From the NCBI GenBank assembly GCA_030704615.1, contig CM060731.1, positions 49,042,001 through 49,106,000 of the forward strand: DNA of 64,000 bases, in the 5' to 3' direction. A model generated the notes under the pieces. That model was not told the DNA's origin. It searched no databases and saw nothing but the letters and a program-made list of their open reading frames with translations. A program made the translations under genes and the position numbers. The DNA comes from Takakia lepidozioides. Taxonomy: Eukaryota; Plantae; Bryophyta. This document shows, piece after piece, positions 39,358 through 50,465 of this stretch. Each line of letters starts with the position of its first letter. Position 1 is the stretch's first letter.

Positions 39358-41541
39358 GTACATAAAGTTTGTTCTCATGGAAGAGAACTGCTTGGACAAA
39401 CATCCTGATTTCGTGGACCTTTGGCTTGTCCTTGTTGGCAACCAGACCATGTTTACTACTGGGATCTTGCATGACTGGGGCCCAGACCATCTTTCTGCTT
39501 GTGGTTGGTATTTGGATTGCCCTCCTTCTGAGACCCCAACTCAAGAGGTGTCTTTGAAGAGAGAGAATGAGCATATAGCAGCCACCGCTGCAGCAACCGA
39601 CCTCGACATTCATGATAGAAATTTGCGGACTCTTGCAGAGAAGGAGCCTCCCGCTCAGGATACCCCGGGTAGAAGTAGAAAGGCAAAGGGAAAGGATGTT
39701 GCTGGTGGTGTGGGGAAAGGAAGGGGTAGGGGGAAGGGGGCACAAGGGCAGGTAGGTGGGCAGGGAAGTGTTGCAGATACTGGCCCTGTGGTGCATGTCC
39801 AGCAGACTCCACCGCATGGTAGGGGATCCGGGAGAAAGAACAAGGGGGGGTTGATCCCAAGGACCCGTACCATGCAGTGGAGCATCCCACGAGGGTCATT
39901 CGCCCTACCAGGTTGGAGATGGCCAACGTCGAGTTCCTTGTCATGATGGAGTCCAGGAAATCTGATTACAAGGGCGAGCCATCACCAGTGTGGGAGAGGA
40001 GTTCATCGGCACGGTGCGTGTTGTCTTTTGCTTCTTGTTTGTTGTGGGCATGGATCATTTCAATCCTCTTGAGCATTCCATTGTATTCTTGTTTGCAGGC
40101 TAAAATGACCAAATCATGGGTGAACGGGAAGGAGAAGTCATATGCAGCCAAACTCATCATCTTGGACATCCCTGATGGGTTGCCAGTCCCGGATGTCCCT
40201 CCATCGGGTGCTTGTCCAGGTTGGAATGCTTTTGATGAGCGCTACTGGCGGTGGGTTTTCTCCTTTTACAATTTCTTTCTGTCTGATGCAGGTGTTTTGG
40301 TGCTCATCTAGTCCATCGACCTTCGTTGTCGCCGTGCACTTGCCAGCTATTTGAAAGCCTCTGGTATGAGGGTCGTGAAGACATGGAATTGTGTGAACAT
40401 CATGTACCTGACGAAGGGGGATCGTCCGGGAGAGATGGTAAATCTGCCTTCTTGTTCTTCTTCTTGGTGGTTCTCGGATGGAGTTGCATAGGTCGCTCAA
40501 ACTCATATGTAGGGGCCTCGTTTTGAAGCTTCTTAGTTCCTTGTGGATGTCCAGTTCGCAGACTCGTTGTTTGAAGCTGTTTGTCTCGTCCGAGTGCATC
40601 CACCTACGACTCTGGCCGTCATTAGGGAGTTCGCCATCACTCATGGGGGCAAGTTCATAGACGAGAGGACAGATCCTCCCACGGATGACATGCACCACAA
40701 CTACGTCGACAGCAACGTGTGCTTGCGAAGGGGGAATGGGGTTCCTTGGAGAGGGGCGAGGGAGAGGAGCCCGGCTTTCATTCAAACGATTGTGGAGTGC
40801 TGCACCTACACAGACGCCAGAGTTCTGGATTTGTCAATGGGCACAGGTTCGTCTCTTCAACATTCACATTTCATGAGGTTTGTTTGAGCTTTCACTTTCA
40901 GCACTTCCCACCGTTCCAAATGTGTCTTCAATGTTTGTTTCCTTCATTCTATTCCACTGCAGGTGCTTCATACCACGCTTGCAAGGCCAATGCGCGACAT
41001 CTCTTTGGGATTGAAGGGGATGCCGAGATTTACAAGAACCTCCTGATGGGTTTGGGTGGACACACTTCTCAAGTCCTTCCGAAGCCCCTTCCCGGTGATA
41101 TCGATACAGGGGAGACTTCCGACAAGGAGCTGGACTCCGACTTTGCCTGTGAGTAAGTTCAACCTGTGGATGCTTGCATTGTTGTTTCAATATCCAGAAT
41201 CACTGTTCTTAAGGCAAAGTGCACATGGGAGACATCCTCTTCATTGGACTTGTGCATTGCATCATTGTGTTCAAAAATGGATTTTTGTCGAGTTGTGCAG
41301 GAGTCCGGGTGCTTCCACTGACCCTCCAGGGCTATCACACCTATTTGGACTTCTTTCAGGTCCTCCTCGGTCTTACGTGCTACCTGTCTATGTGGAGGCA
41401 CTCGCAGCAAGCATGTCCGTTCATGGCACTCGCAGTCCACCCATCAACGGCCGTGGTAGAAGACGTGGTGTTGGGGCCAGAATCTTTGTGGATGACATAA
41501 CACAGGAGGTCGAGACTGATTCTGATGACTGTGACACTTGA
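39358..41541 (+). pseudogene. Element D methyltransferase-like gene, 3' half (ParB half missing)
   Basis: DWGPDHLSACGWYLD, KLIILDIPDGLP, PWRGARERSPAFIQTIVECCT, VLDLSMGTG | ASYHACKANARHLFGIEGDAEIY, C-terminal exon YVLPVYVEALA; homologous to 99-2346. Confidence 0.8.
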
Positions 41542-41889
41542 TATGAAGTTTTCTTTTGCTTTTATTCAGGGCCAATTTTGAAATGGGATGGTTGTGTGTC
41601 CTTGTTGTCTTGTTTGCAATGTGTATGTGGGATGCAAATTCATGGGAACAAACTATCGTTGGAGATGGGGGTTGCATGGACTGCCCGGATTGTTCCTTCA
41701 ATCTATTTAGTGTTTTGCGGAGCTCACAGGCTTGTGTGCATTGCAAAAACAAACAAACGACATTGGTTCGGGTAGAGCATTCTCGCATCATTTGCTCGTT
41801 GGTCTCCAAACCATTCCTGCTAGAAGAATGCTTGGTAAATCTATCACGTTGAAGTCCACGTGAACAAAGAGCGTTCAGGCATTCTCAAT

Positions 41890-42040
41890 TCTGGTGAGCA
41901 TCCATGATGCTCCCACACATACCTGGCATGTTCGCAAGGGTGGTGAGTAAGAAAAGATTTCGCAGGGATCCGCTTTGGATGATGTTAGTGTGCACCTGCT
42001 CACGACGTAGCCACATTCCAATGCAAGGGCTTGGTATGTT
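41890..42040 (-). pseudogene. PPR fragment in the subterminal region of element D
   Basis: EQVHTNIIQSG..NLFLLTTLANM..CGSIMDAH. Confidence 0.65.
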
Positions 42041-42216
42041 GATAACGTCTAAATGGATGCAATTTATAGAAAGGATGGATACAATGGATGTAACACATCT
42101 AGTCTGCATTCCCTGGAAATGGCTGATCAACCCGCCGTAATAGGTGACACCCGCGGAAATAGACCCTGTATGCATGTGACGTGGCGTGAGCCTGTGCTGG
42201 GGGCTCACGCCTCCGG

Positions 42217-42237
42217 GCTCACGGAATAGCACCCCCC
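42217..42237 (-). mobile_element. Solo TIR of element D (MTase-side end)
   Basis: Reverse complement GGGGGGTGCTATTCCGTGAGC matches the B/C left TIR at 18/21; it lies downstream of the MTase gene as in B and C; GCTCACG subterminal repeats adjacent. Confidence 0.8.
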
Positions 42238-42635
42238 AGTTTCCATGTTGAATTCTACAAGTTAGCTGGTTAAGTGAACCTTTGATAGTTTGGAGTGACT
42301 TTGACATGATACTGCCAATGTGACAACAGGAAAGTATCCAGAAACAGGTAACAAAGATGAAAAGAAGCTGTGGAATTAATACTTTTCTTACCCAGTCAAT
42401 GGTGGGACAATCGTGGCAAGAAGGTGAATGTCTGTTTGATTCTAGAGAGTAGCAGATGCAATTGAGCATAGGAACTAGTGTGATAGGCTGAGTTGGGTGT
42501 CTCCTAGAACAAATCTAGGCTGTCATTGTCAGCTACTAGCAGCAAGGCAATGATAAATGCATGATTTGTGCAGATCAGGCATGGATAGCTGAAGGAGCAG
42601 AGATAGAGTGTGGGTCCAGATTCATCCAAGAGGAC
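42238..42635 (+). pseudogene. Another PDF-motif (OSB-like) exon-pair remnant
   Basis: KKLWN*YF..PSQWWDNRGKK | intron | IHPRGP; reverse-complement homolog of the 27-30 kb units. Confidence 0.7.
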
Positions 42636-44088
42636 CAGCAAGAGGGCAGCTCTTTGTGTGCTTGATTCTCACTCCCATTTGGTGTTTGTCGTGGTCTCCT
42701 TGGTCCCACCACAGCCCCTTTCTTCCAAGCAGCCAGTTGTCAACCTTGCTCTCCCATCTTTCACCCTCTTCATCAGTGAAACACTCCCTTTCTCCTTTTT
42801 CATGTTCCAGCCATTTAGGTGGTTTCTCCCTCAATATTGCCTTCAATTGCTGCATTGCCATGTGTTTACTCTCTGTGGTTTTAATTTGCTCATGCCCAAC
42901 AGTTGGAAGAATTCCATGTGTTGGGATGATTCCACTCCGAGCTTCCATTCTTTTCAATGCTTCCCACAGGCTAGCTTTTGTTGGAACAGGTCTGTCCTCT
43001 TCACTTAAGTTTTCCTCTCCTCATCATACTTCTTCAAATCTGGTCATAGGCATCCTCATTTCCTTCTATCTCTAGCCCATCATGCTCATCCTCCTTGACT
43101 GTCCATTGTGGTTCAGCTCTCGTTTGTGTGTCTCCATCAAAGGGACATCCTTCGTGTGGTGGAATGTTGCATGCTGAGTGCAGGAGCCTCGTGGATGTAG
43201 CAGGAAGCAACAACAACAATTGTACACTTGATAAAATCGGGGTACCTCATCTTCAATACATTTCAGCTTGTTCTGTCCTCTTTTCAGAGTAGTCCCTATT
43301 TGTCCAGCGAAGGGGAGGATGTATATGGATTATGGGTGTTGTGGTAGGGATAGCTAAAGGGGCACACAAAGTAGGGCTGGTTCTATTTTCAGTGCACATG
43401 GTGCTACTTACAAAAGTACTCGATCAGAAATACAGGGTGATGAACTTGTGCCCTTAGACTGTGTTTTGAGGAGCCAGATTTTGGGATAGCAGTGCTATTT
43501 TGTAAATTTAACTGGCAATTGTTTAAGAGAATATCTTTTTACATCTGCTGTTATTGTCTTCAATGCCTATGTTATGTCCTTTCTACTTCGTCACTTTGTT
43601 CTTTCTTGTGAATGATGTTGTGTTATGATTTTTCAAATAATATTAAAAACCAAATTCTCAAACAACTGATTTGATGCTACGTGTCCAACCCAACAAACCA
43701 CTTTATAGTAGGCACCATGACTACACAATATCGCATCATACATTGACACGTGTCATATCCTTGAAAAAACACCTGGCAATGAGCTCCTACAGGCATAGTC
43801 ATGGGAATGACTTTAAATACATTTAAAATTCAAAACAAACTAATCATATGATGCCACGTGTCCAAATGTCAGCATGTTGGTAGTCAGGATAATGATTGCA
43901 AAGCCTCCTCATAATATGCCACGTGTCAATGTTTTGAGACGCCAGATGGCGCACATCCACAAAAACCTACTGGATTTATTAAAAAGAGACACATGTACAG
44001 TTTGCAACAACACACTAAGTCATGTATGGTAGAAGTACATATGATTGCCAAATGACAGTCAGATGTATCACTTGGTTCATCTGACTAC

Positions 44089-44560
44089 AGTCATACGTGA
44101 CCGACCATCCTATACTCTTTGTATTCACTTGGTTTGCACGACTTGTAGTCAGCGAAGTCATATGTACCATTTATGACTACGGGACAGTCATATATACAGT
44201 CATATATACCGCGTTCTGTTGTAATGTTTAGTCCAGTATTCGAGTATCTAGTACCCCAGTCCAGTTTCCAGCATTCCAGTATTCGAGTCGAGTTCCAGTA
44301 TCTTATACTCTTGTCCATTGTTATAAAGATCATCTTGATTCATGTTTACCCATTGTGCATTCGGCCACGCCAACCTTGACTTCTTGTCTAGTCTTGTACC
44401 TCTAGTCTGATATCTTGTTTGTGTTCAGTCATGTTCTTGTCCTTGACAGTTTGGCGAGACTAAAGTTTGTTCCTTAGTTAGTTAAGATGGAAGACACATT
44501 TGCGGAAATGGTCGCCACATTGCAGAGTCTTCAGCTCCAGATGCAAGACTTTTTCTTTTG
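44089..44560 (+). mobile_element. Possible LTR remnant with PBS-like site and gag start
   Basis: AGTCA...TGACA ends (44089-44448), TGGCGAG 3 bp downstream, then MEDTFAEMVATLQSLQLQMQ; no second LTR or pol, and tRNA match not verified. Confidence 0.3.
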
Positions 44561-45140
44561 CTGTTGCTTTTGTTGGTCAGCATCGCCCACGTCGTTGTTG
44601 GTTTGCTTCTGTTTCCTCACTCGCTTTCGTTCTAGAGGTTATAGAGCACCATTTGTTTCTTGCATGTCACGTTTCATGAGTGTGTTGTCTTGTCTGATGC
44701 GGAGCATCTCATTTCAATTCATTGGTTCCAAAGCTGTTTCAATTAGCTTGAATTGATTAAAGCTGTTTAGGTGTTTCAATGCATCGCTGCTTCTCTGCTG
44801 GTGGTTTGTATGGTGGTTTGTAAGAGTGGTTGGTATGGATGGTTTGTGGTCCTGGTTTACTGATGCTGCTGGATTATTAGGGTTATGGATTAGGGTTATG
44901 GCGGGTTAGGATCATGATTTTTTGCGATTGGTTTTTCGAATTTCCGATATTTGAAAACGGGTTTTTTTTCGGGCCTAGACTAGTCTCCGTAGACCACTAG
45001 ACCTCTAGTAGACCTCCATAAACTCCGGTAGGACAAACCACACGAACCTCGCCTGCTCAGTGGAGGTTCCTGCGTGTTATTATGCCAAGGCACAACATAA
45101 GGATGTTTTGAGATAGACTTATGTCGGTGCCTCCCCTACG

Positions 45141-45761
45141 TTGATTTTTTGTTCTGTCAGTATAAAAAGAAGGTGCGTAGGAGTGCACACGGTGGCCAAA
45201 GATGGTTCTGAGACCATCTTTGACATCTGTAAGAGGCCAAGGAGACAGAATCCAATAAACATCAACGAAGCAGAAAACCAAGACTCATCACTGGTTTTGT
45301 CGAAAACAAATACCTTCAAGAAGAGATCTGAGAATCAAATTTCAGATGTGGGCTCTGACGTGCGAACCTTCATAAATCCGGGCACTGACAAATCAATGTT
45401 CAAGGGAGTTATTCGACGGGAGACAACGGAGGAAACAAAGGAAGAGAAAGATGAAAGTGATGAATGCAATCTTCAGTCTGATTCAGATAATGACATTTCT
45501 GTAGGAGATAGTGAGCAGTCCCCGGGATCTGTCCTTCCGTCCTCTCCCGGATACAGTCCTGGCTCTCCTCAGTATCCAGTATCTGTCCATGTAATTTCTC
45601 CAGAATATGTCGCCGCTGATTCTCCAGAATATGTCCCTGCAGATTCTCCTCAGTACGTCCCTGGAGATTCTCCAGAATACATCTCTGGAGATTCTCCGAC
45701 ATATACCCCTAGAGAGTACTCCCCTGAAACCCTCAAGATGATTCGAAAGAGCCTCCTGTAG
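45141..45761 (+). CDS. Unknown acidic, Ser/Pro-rich ORF with 8-aa DSPEYVP(A/G) repeats
   Basis: 206-codon open frame; 24-bp tandem unit at ~45595-45730. Confidence 0.45.
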   Translation: MIFCSVSIKRRCVGVHTVAKDGSETIFDICKRPRRQNPININEAENQDSSLVLSKTNTFKKRSENQISDVGSDVRTFINPGTDKSMFKGVIRRETTEETKEEKDESDECNLQSDSDNDISVGDSEQSPGSVLPSSPGYSPGSPQYPVSVHVISPEYVAADSPEYVPADSPQYVPGDSPEYISGDSPTYTPREYSPETLKMIRKSLL

Positions 45762-46021
45762 TTATTGTAGATATAAGAAAAACGAGTCCAACGAGGTATG
45801 AAATCTCCATTCTTCAATTTCTTTCCTGGAAGTTTTTTATGATTCAACGTAGATGATCCTCCCTTCGATTTTGTCTCTTTCGACTGTGGTTCTAGTTTCA
45901 TGAACCTCCACTGTCTAGTGGACATTTCTTTCCTGACCCTTCCTTATTGTGACAGATAAACAAACTTTTCGGGTTGGAAGGAGTCTCGCAGTCGGCTGTT
46001 AGCCGCATCCGGAATCGGATA

Positions 46022-46735
46022 TTTCCTAACGTGGAGGTTCGTAAAACTGGGAGCACATTTGCGAAGTGCACGGAGTGTTAGATGTTAAAGGACCTGATCA
46101 AAAAGTCTGTCAAGAGAAATGCGGAACATGTGACACACAAACGAGCGCTTGATAAACATTTGAGGCACCAAGAGTTGTGCAGAAGACTATACCATAGCTG
46201 GAGGAATGAGTCTGTTATGATTCCGGAGGAGTTTCTCTGTATTATTCACGACAAAATGGATCATAGGAAAACAGTTGTTCCAAGGCTCCAGACTCCAAAC
46301 AAGATGATTTCTGGATTGGGTCAGCTTCCAGTTTCACTAATGGGAATGGTCACGCACGGACACGGTGATGGACCTAACGGTCAATATTCTCTTGAGTTCT
46401 GGAAGGGAAATTCAAACTTTACAATTGGTTCTTTGGCACGTTGACTGCGCCAGCTGGAGAAGCCAACCTGTCGCGAGTCCATGAACATTTTCGATTACCG
46501 ATTTCAAAACGAGTTTTTCGAATCACTTTTAAGAGGTAAATCGAGATGTTTGGATGCTCTTAAACCCTGCAGGCCGGAAGACAAACGTGGTGCTCGTCCA
46601 CTTTCGAGAAGATTGTACTTGCAAATGGACAACTCCGCAAATGACAATAAGAATAGATGGATGCTTGCTTTTTTATTCCTCGTGATCGCCAAAGATGTTT
46701 TTGAAGAGATCCAGCTAGGGTGTCTAATGGTCGGA
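46022..46735 (+). pseudogene. Sola-like / DUF7869-type transposase, 5' part
   Basis: FPNVEVRKTGSTFAKCTEC, IIHDKMDH, LYLQMDNSANDNKN, EEIQLGCLMVG; in-frame stops. Confidence 0.7.
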
Positions 46736-47558
46736 GCAAGCTAGCTTGATTTTGTTTGGTTTGTGGATCATGCCTATCTTTGGGCCACAAACGATTTATG
46801 TGACACCAGTCTACAAATTTCCTGCAGTCACCAAACGACCACCGCTGCCCCAACTTCCAAACTTCCCAACCTGGTTCCGCAAGAATGTTGGGGTCATTGT
46901 ATATGTCCCAACGAAGTTTGCGCCTGGCTCCTTTTGGTTTTTTTTTGGGAGGTCCAGGTTCATTATCGTCATCCCTGGGATGACCTCCTCTGTCTTCCTC
47001 CTCCGCCATTTATGACTCTGGCTTACCCCTACTCGACAGATGTTTGCTAAAAAAAATGCTCTCCCAACCTTCCTAAATCGTAACTAATCCTACTCCTAAA
47101 TGAATCCTCCCCAAGTACGGGGGCTGCTATTTCATGAGCCATGAGCAGAGTCGTAAGTGTGGAAAAAAACATGAGCAGCACTATTTTCCGGAAATGAGTG
47201 TCCGCGGGAATAGGGTTTAGGGTGCCACGGTCATAGGGGGAGAAGGACCTCCCGATGAAGGAGGTTCGGCAATGTTATTTAGAATTATATATTGAAAGGC
47301 AATGTTTCGCGAATGGTAGGGTGGTACTGCTCTGTACAATGGGGGCCCATTTCAGCCTACCAGCCATTTGCAAAATTCACCCACACTCCCAATCCCAAAC
47401 GAAATGAGCAATGACGCATTCTCGGAACGATGGACACAGAATAGAATAAAAAGAGGGCACAATGAGGTTTTTATTGATCCACATGAATTGCATTTGAAGC
47501 ACGTCTACTGTGCTGATTGTGCCATCAAATCTTGAGCCCTGTGCCTACTGAATACAAG

Positions 47559-48263
47559 TCACGTTGTCAATGGGACTTCGACTGCTCTCAGAACTAGCTC
47601 ATGAGTCATGGGGCTCCTCCATGTAAAGTCGATTGCAGCCGTTGTACCGCCCCTAGTGATGTTCACCACAATGTCCTGCCCTTCAATCATACCACCATCG
47701 AATATGGAAATCTTCACGTTTTCGTCGTCCACACCAATGCGAATGTCCCCATACAATGGAGAAGAGGAGCGCACTCCTCGAGGAGAATAGGTCTCTCCGA
47801 TGGAGTCCACCCACGTCCAGTGGCAGCAGTTCCACCGCAACAGCATAGCAGTGCGCCTTCTTCTGCATGGGTGACCGTCGTAGCTGGGAAAATCGGAATC
47901 GAGGATGCGCAGGAGCCACGGACTCCTCAGACCAAGATCGTCACCCCGCTCGAAGGCGTAGTGGCCTACGATATACTCAAAAGCCACCAATGTTTCCACA
48001 ATCGAACCAGTATCTTCTGTGTAATCTGTGTACCAGATAACAATGTCTCCCGATGTGGCCGAATACATTGCATAATCGATGCCTCCAAAGGGGCAGTCGT
48101 CCCGGTTCCGGAAGCACGGCATCCTTGCAAAGGAGGACCTGAGGACGACTTGGATGCCGATGACCTTGCGGACAGCTACGAAGCCCTTAGATTTTGGAAA
48201 TGATACGAAGCGGAAGAGCAGTCCGGCCTCCAATAATGGAGCATCTGGGTCACACGTACCCAC
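47559..48263 (-). CDS. Unknown ~234-aa cargo protein
   Basis: Uninterrupted ORF; protein-level paralog at 48546-49249 (RMPC..DCP..DYAM..SGDI.IW, PW.L.I.D.D.PS, RWNCC.WT, YGDIR, DGG.I.G.DIVV, ELVLR). Confidence 0.7.
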   Translation of the reverse strand: MGTCDPDAPLLEAGLLFRFVSFPKSKGFVAVRKVIGIQVVLRSSFARMPCFRNRDDCPFGGIDYAMYSATSGDIVIWYTDYTEDTGSIVETLVAFEYIVGHYAFERGDDLGLRSPWLLRILDSDFPSYDGHPCRRRRTAMLLRWNCCHWTWVDSIGETYSPRGVRSSSPLYGDIRIGVDDENVKISIFDGGMIEGQDIVVNITRGGTTAAIDFTWRSPMTHELVLRAVEVPLTT

Positions 48264-48545
48264 CGACGGAGGTGGAACGTGTTCATCACGCCAGCGGTGG
48301 ATGAACCATACATCTTTCTCATCAACAAGTTATAGTTTGAGATCTGCCACCGAAGTCCATCCCCCGGATGGAAATTCGGCGCCGCATTTACATCGAAGAG
48401 GGATGGACTTCGTCGTGTCCAGTGGCTATCGGCCCACCTGGCAGTGACTGCCCATAGTTTGCATGGCAGGGTAGGAAACTGAAACGGCTACATTCATGCA
48501 GCAGCCAATCTTCATCGGTCCAGGATCCTGTAGGGGGAAATTTAA

Positions 48546-49249
48546 ATGTGCCCTGGAGTGTTTGTGAGGAATTGCAGCGTTAGCTTGAACTTTTTTCCAG
48601 CCACCGCGCGCTGCTCCTCCTCCATCCGGGAGCTGCTGTCATTGAGCGTACTCCGCTACTCTTTTTTCAAGGATGCCGTGCCGCCGAAATCCAGCCGACT
48701 GCCCTTATCATGGCCACGATTATGCTATGTTCAAACCAGAATCAGGAGACATCATTGTCTGGCTCTCTGTTTTCACAGACGCTGCTGGAATCAAGCAAGA
48801 GTCTTTGCGCGCAATGGAGTATCTGAGGGCTATTACCGCTTTGAGCGAGGTGAGGGCGAGGGTCAATGCGGTCCGTGGGTCCTGAAAATTGTTGACCTCG
48901 ATATACCAAGCTGGAAAGGGATGCCGGACAGATCACGCACGGCCTCGCTTTGGCGCTGGAACTGCTGCCAGTGGACCAGGGAGGACGGCACCGGGGAAAA
49001 CTATATACGTGCAGATCACTCCGCTCTTCCAGTGTATGGAGACATTCGGCTGAGTTGCGAAGACGAATCGCACGGGCACATGAGGCCACAGTGACCTTGT
49101 CAATGTATGATGGTGGTATCATTGATGGACATGACATTGTCGTCGGCTCCAGCAAGGGCAGCAGAACGACCGAATTGCAGTTCACCTCGAGGTGCCGCAG
49201 CAGTGATGAGCTTGTTTTGAGGGGTATCAAAGTTCCGTCGACTTGGTGA
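48546..49249 (+). pseudogene. Frameshifted paralog of the 47559-48263 cargo protein
   Basis: Homology is split across three frames of the ORF track. Confidence 0.7.
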
Positions 49250-49499
49250 AGCCCCATGTAGAAGGAGGAAGGGCTTAGTTTTGTCTGCAGTTGGTAAATG
49301 TGAGACATCGTGTCGATCAATAAACCCATCGTACCTCACTTCTGTATGATTGTGTTTCATTGTGTTGAATAACTGTCGGAATTGGCCCACTGTTTACAAT
49401 TTGATGTCTCATTTCTACAATGTGTCTGTCCGGATGAATATAGCAGAGTAACCGGTATGTGAGTCATGTGTCAAGAATATACCAGAGTAACGCATGTCG

Positions 49500-50290
49500 G
49501 CATCGAAATGCGGCGCCGCATTTCCATGTCGACATCGAAATGCGGCGCCGCATTTCCATGTCGGGATCGAAATGCGGCGCGCATTTCCATGTCCGCATCG
49601 AAATGCGGCACGCATTTCCATGTCCGACAAGAAAATGCGGTGCATCATTTCCGTCCAGGTACACGAAATACCAACACGGGTCTATAAATTGATCAGAAAA
49701 CGAGGTTGGCATTGCAAATGCGGCGACGCATTTCCAGCTTGGCAATGGAAACTTCTTTTTGGACAAGGGAATGCGGTGCCGCATTTCCGTCCAACACTTC
49801 GAAAAGTGTGACATTTCCGACCAGCGCGATGGAATGCGTTACCGCATTTCCGAGAGAGGGTCTGCAAATGGACAAATTGCGATGTCCGTTCTGGAAATGC
49901 GGCGCCGCATTTCCATGTCCGTCATCGACTTTTTTTAACAATGGAATGCGGTGCCAATTTTTGCTGATGGGCCTGCAGTTCGAACAACGACCATCCCCAA
50001 TATGAAATGCGGCACCGCATTTTCAATCCGCCATGTCGACCTCCTTGTTCGACCCTTGTTCGACCTCTGTAAGCGTGGTGGCATCCATGCAATGAGCGGG
50101 AGAGGCCAAAACTGGCGTGTGGACAAAGGAAATTTTGGAAATGCGGCACCGCATTTCAATTCAGATTACTTTTTACTATGCCAACATTGAAATGGAAAAT
50201 TTAGTCCCTCCCCTGTTTTGGAAATGCGGTGCCGCATTTCCAAAAGAGGTTCTTAGAGTTGCCAAAATTTTGGAAATGCGGTGCCCCATT
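49500..50290. repeat. Element C palindrome array GAAATGCGG(C/T)(G/A)CCGCATTTC, downstream of the MTase-like gene
   Basis: About 14 copies, with 32-bp spacing at 49505-49620. Confidence 0.95.
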
Positions 50291-50465
50291 TCTGATTTTG
50301 GGGAGCGTCGTGGTTTGGGCGATTGTGTGGCTGGAATGCACACTGGAGAGGGGTCACGAATGTCGGGCAGAATTTCCTTTATATACTCTGGAAGAGAATT
50401 TACATTTACAGAGACTTCATTAAAATTCTATTAATCTTGAAAATCATCCGAATCCTCATCCTGTT

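Noticed and set aside
44870-44912. Telomeric TTAGGG tract
   Set aside because: Only two or three non-tandem matches.
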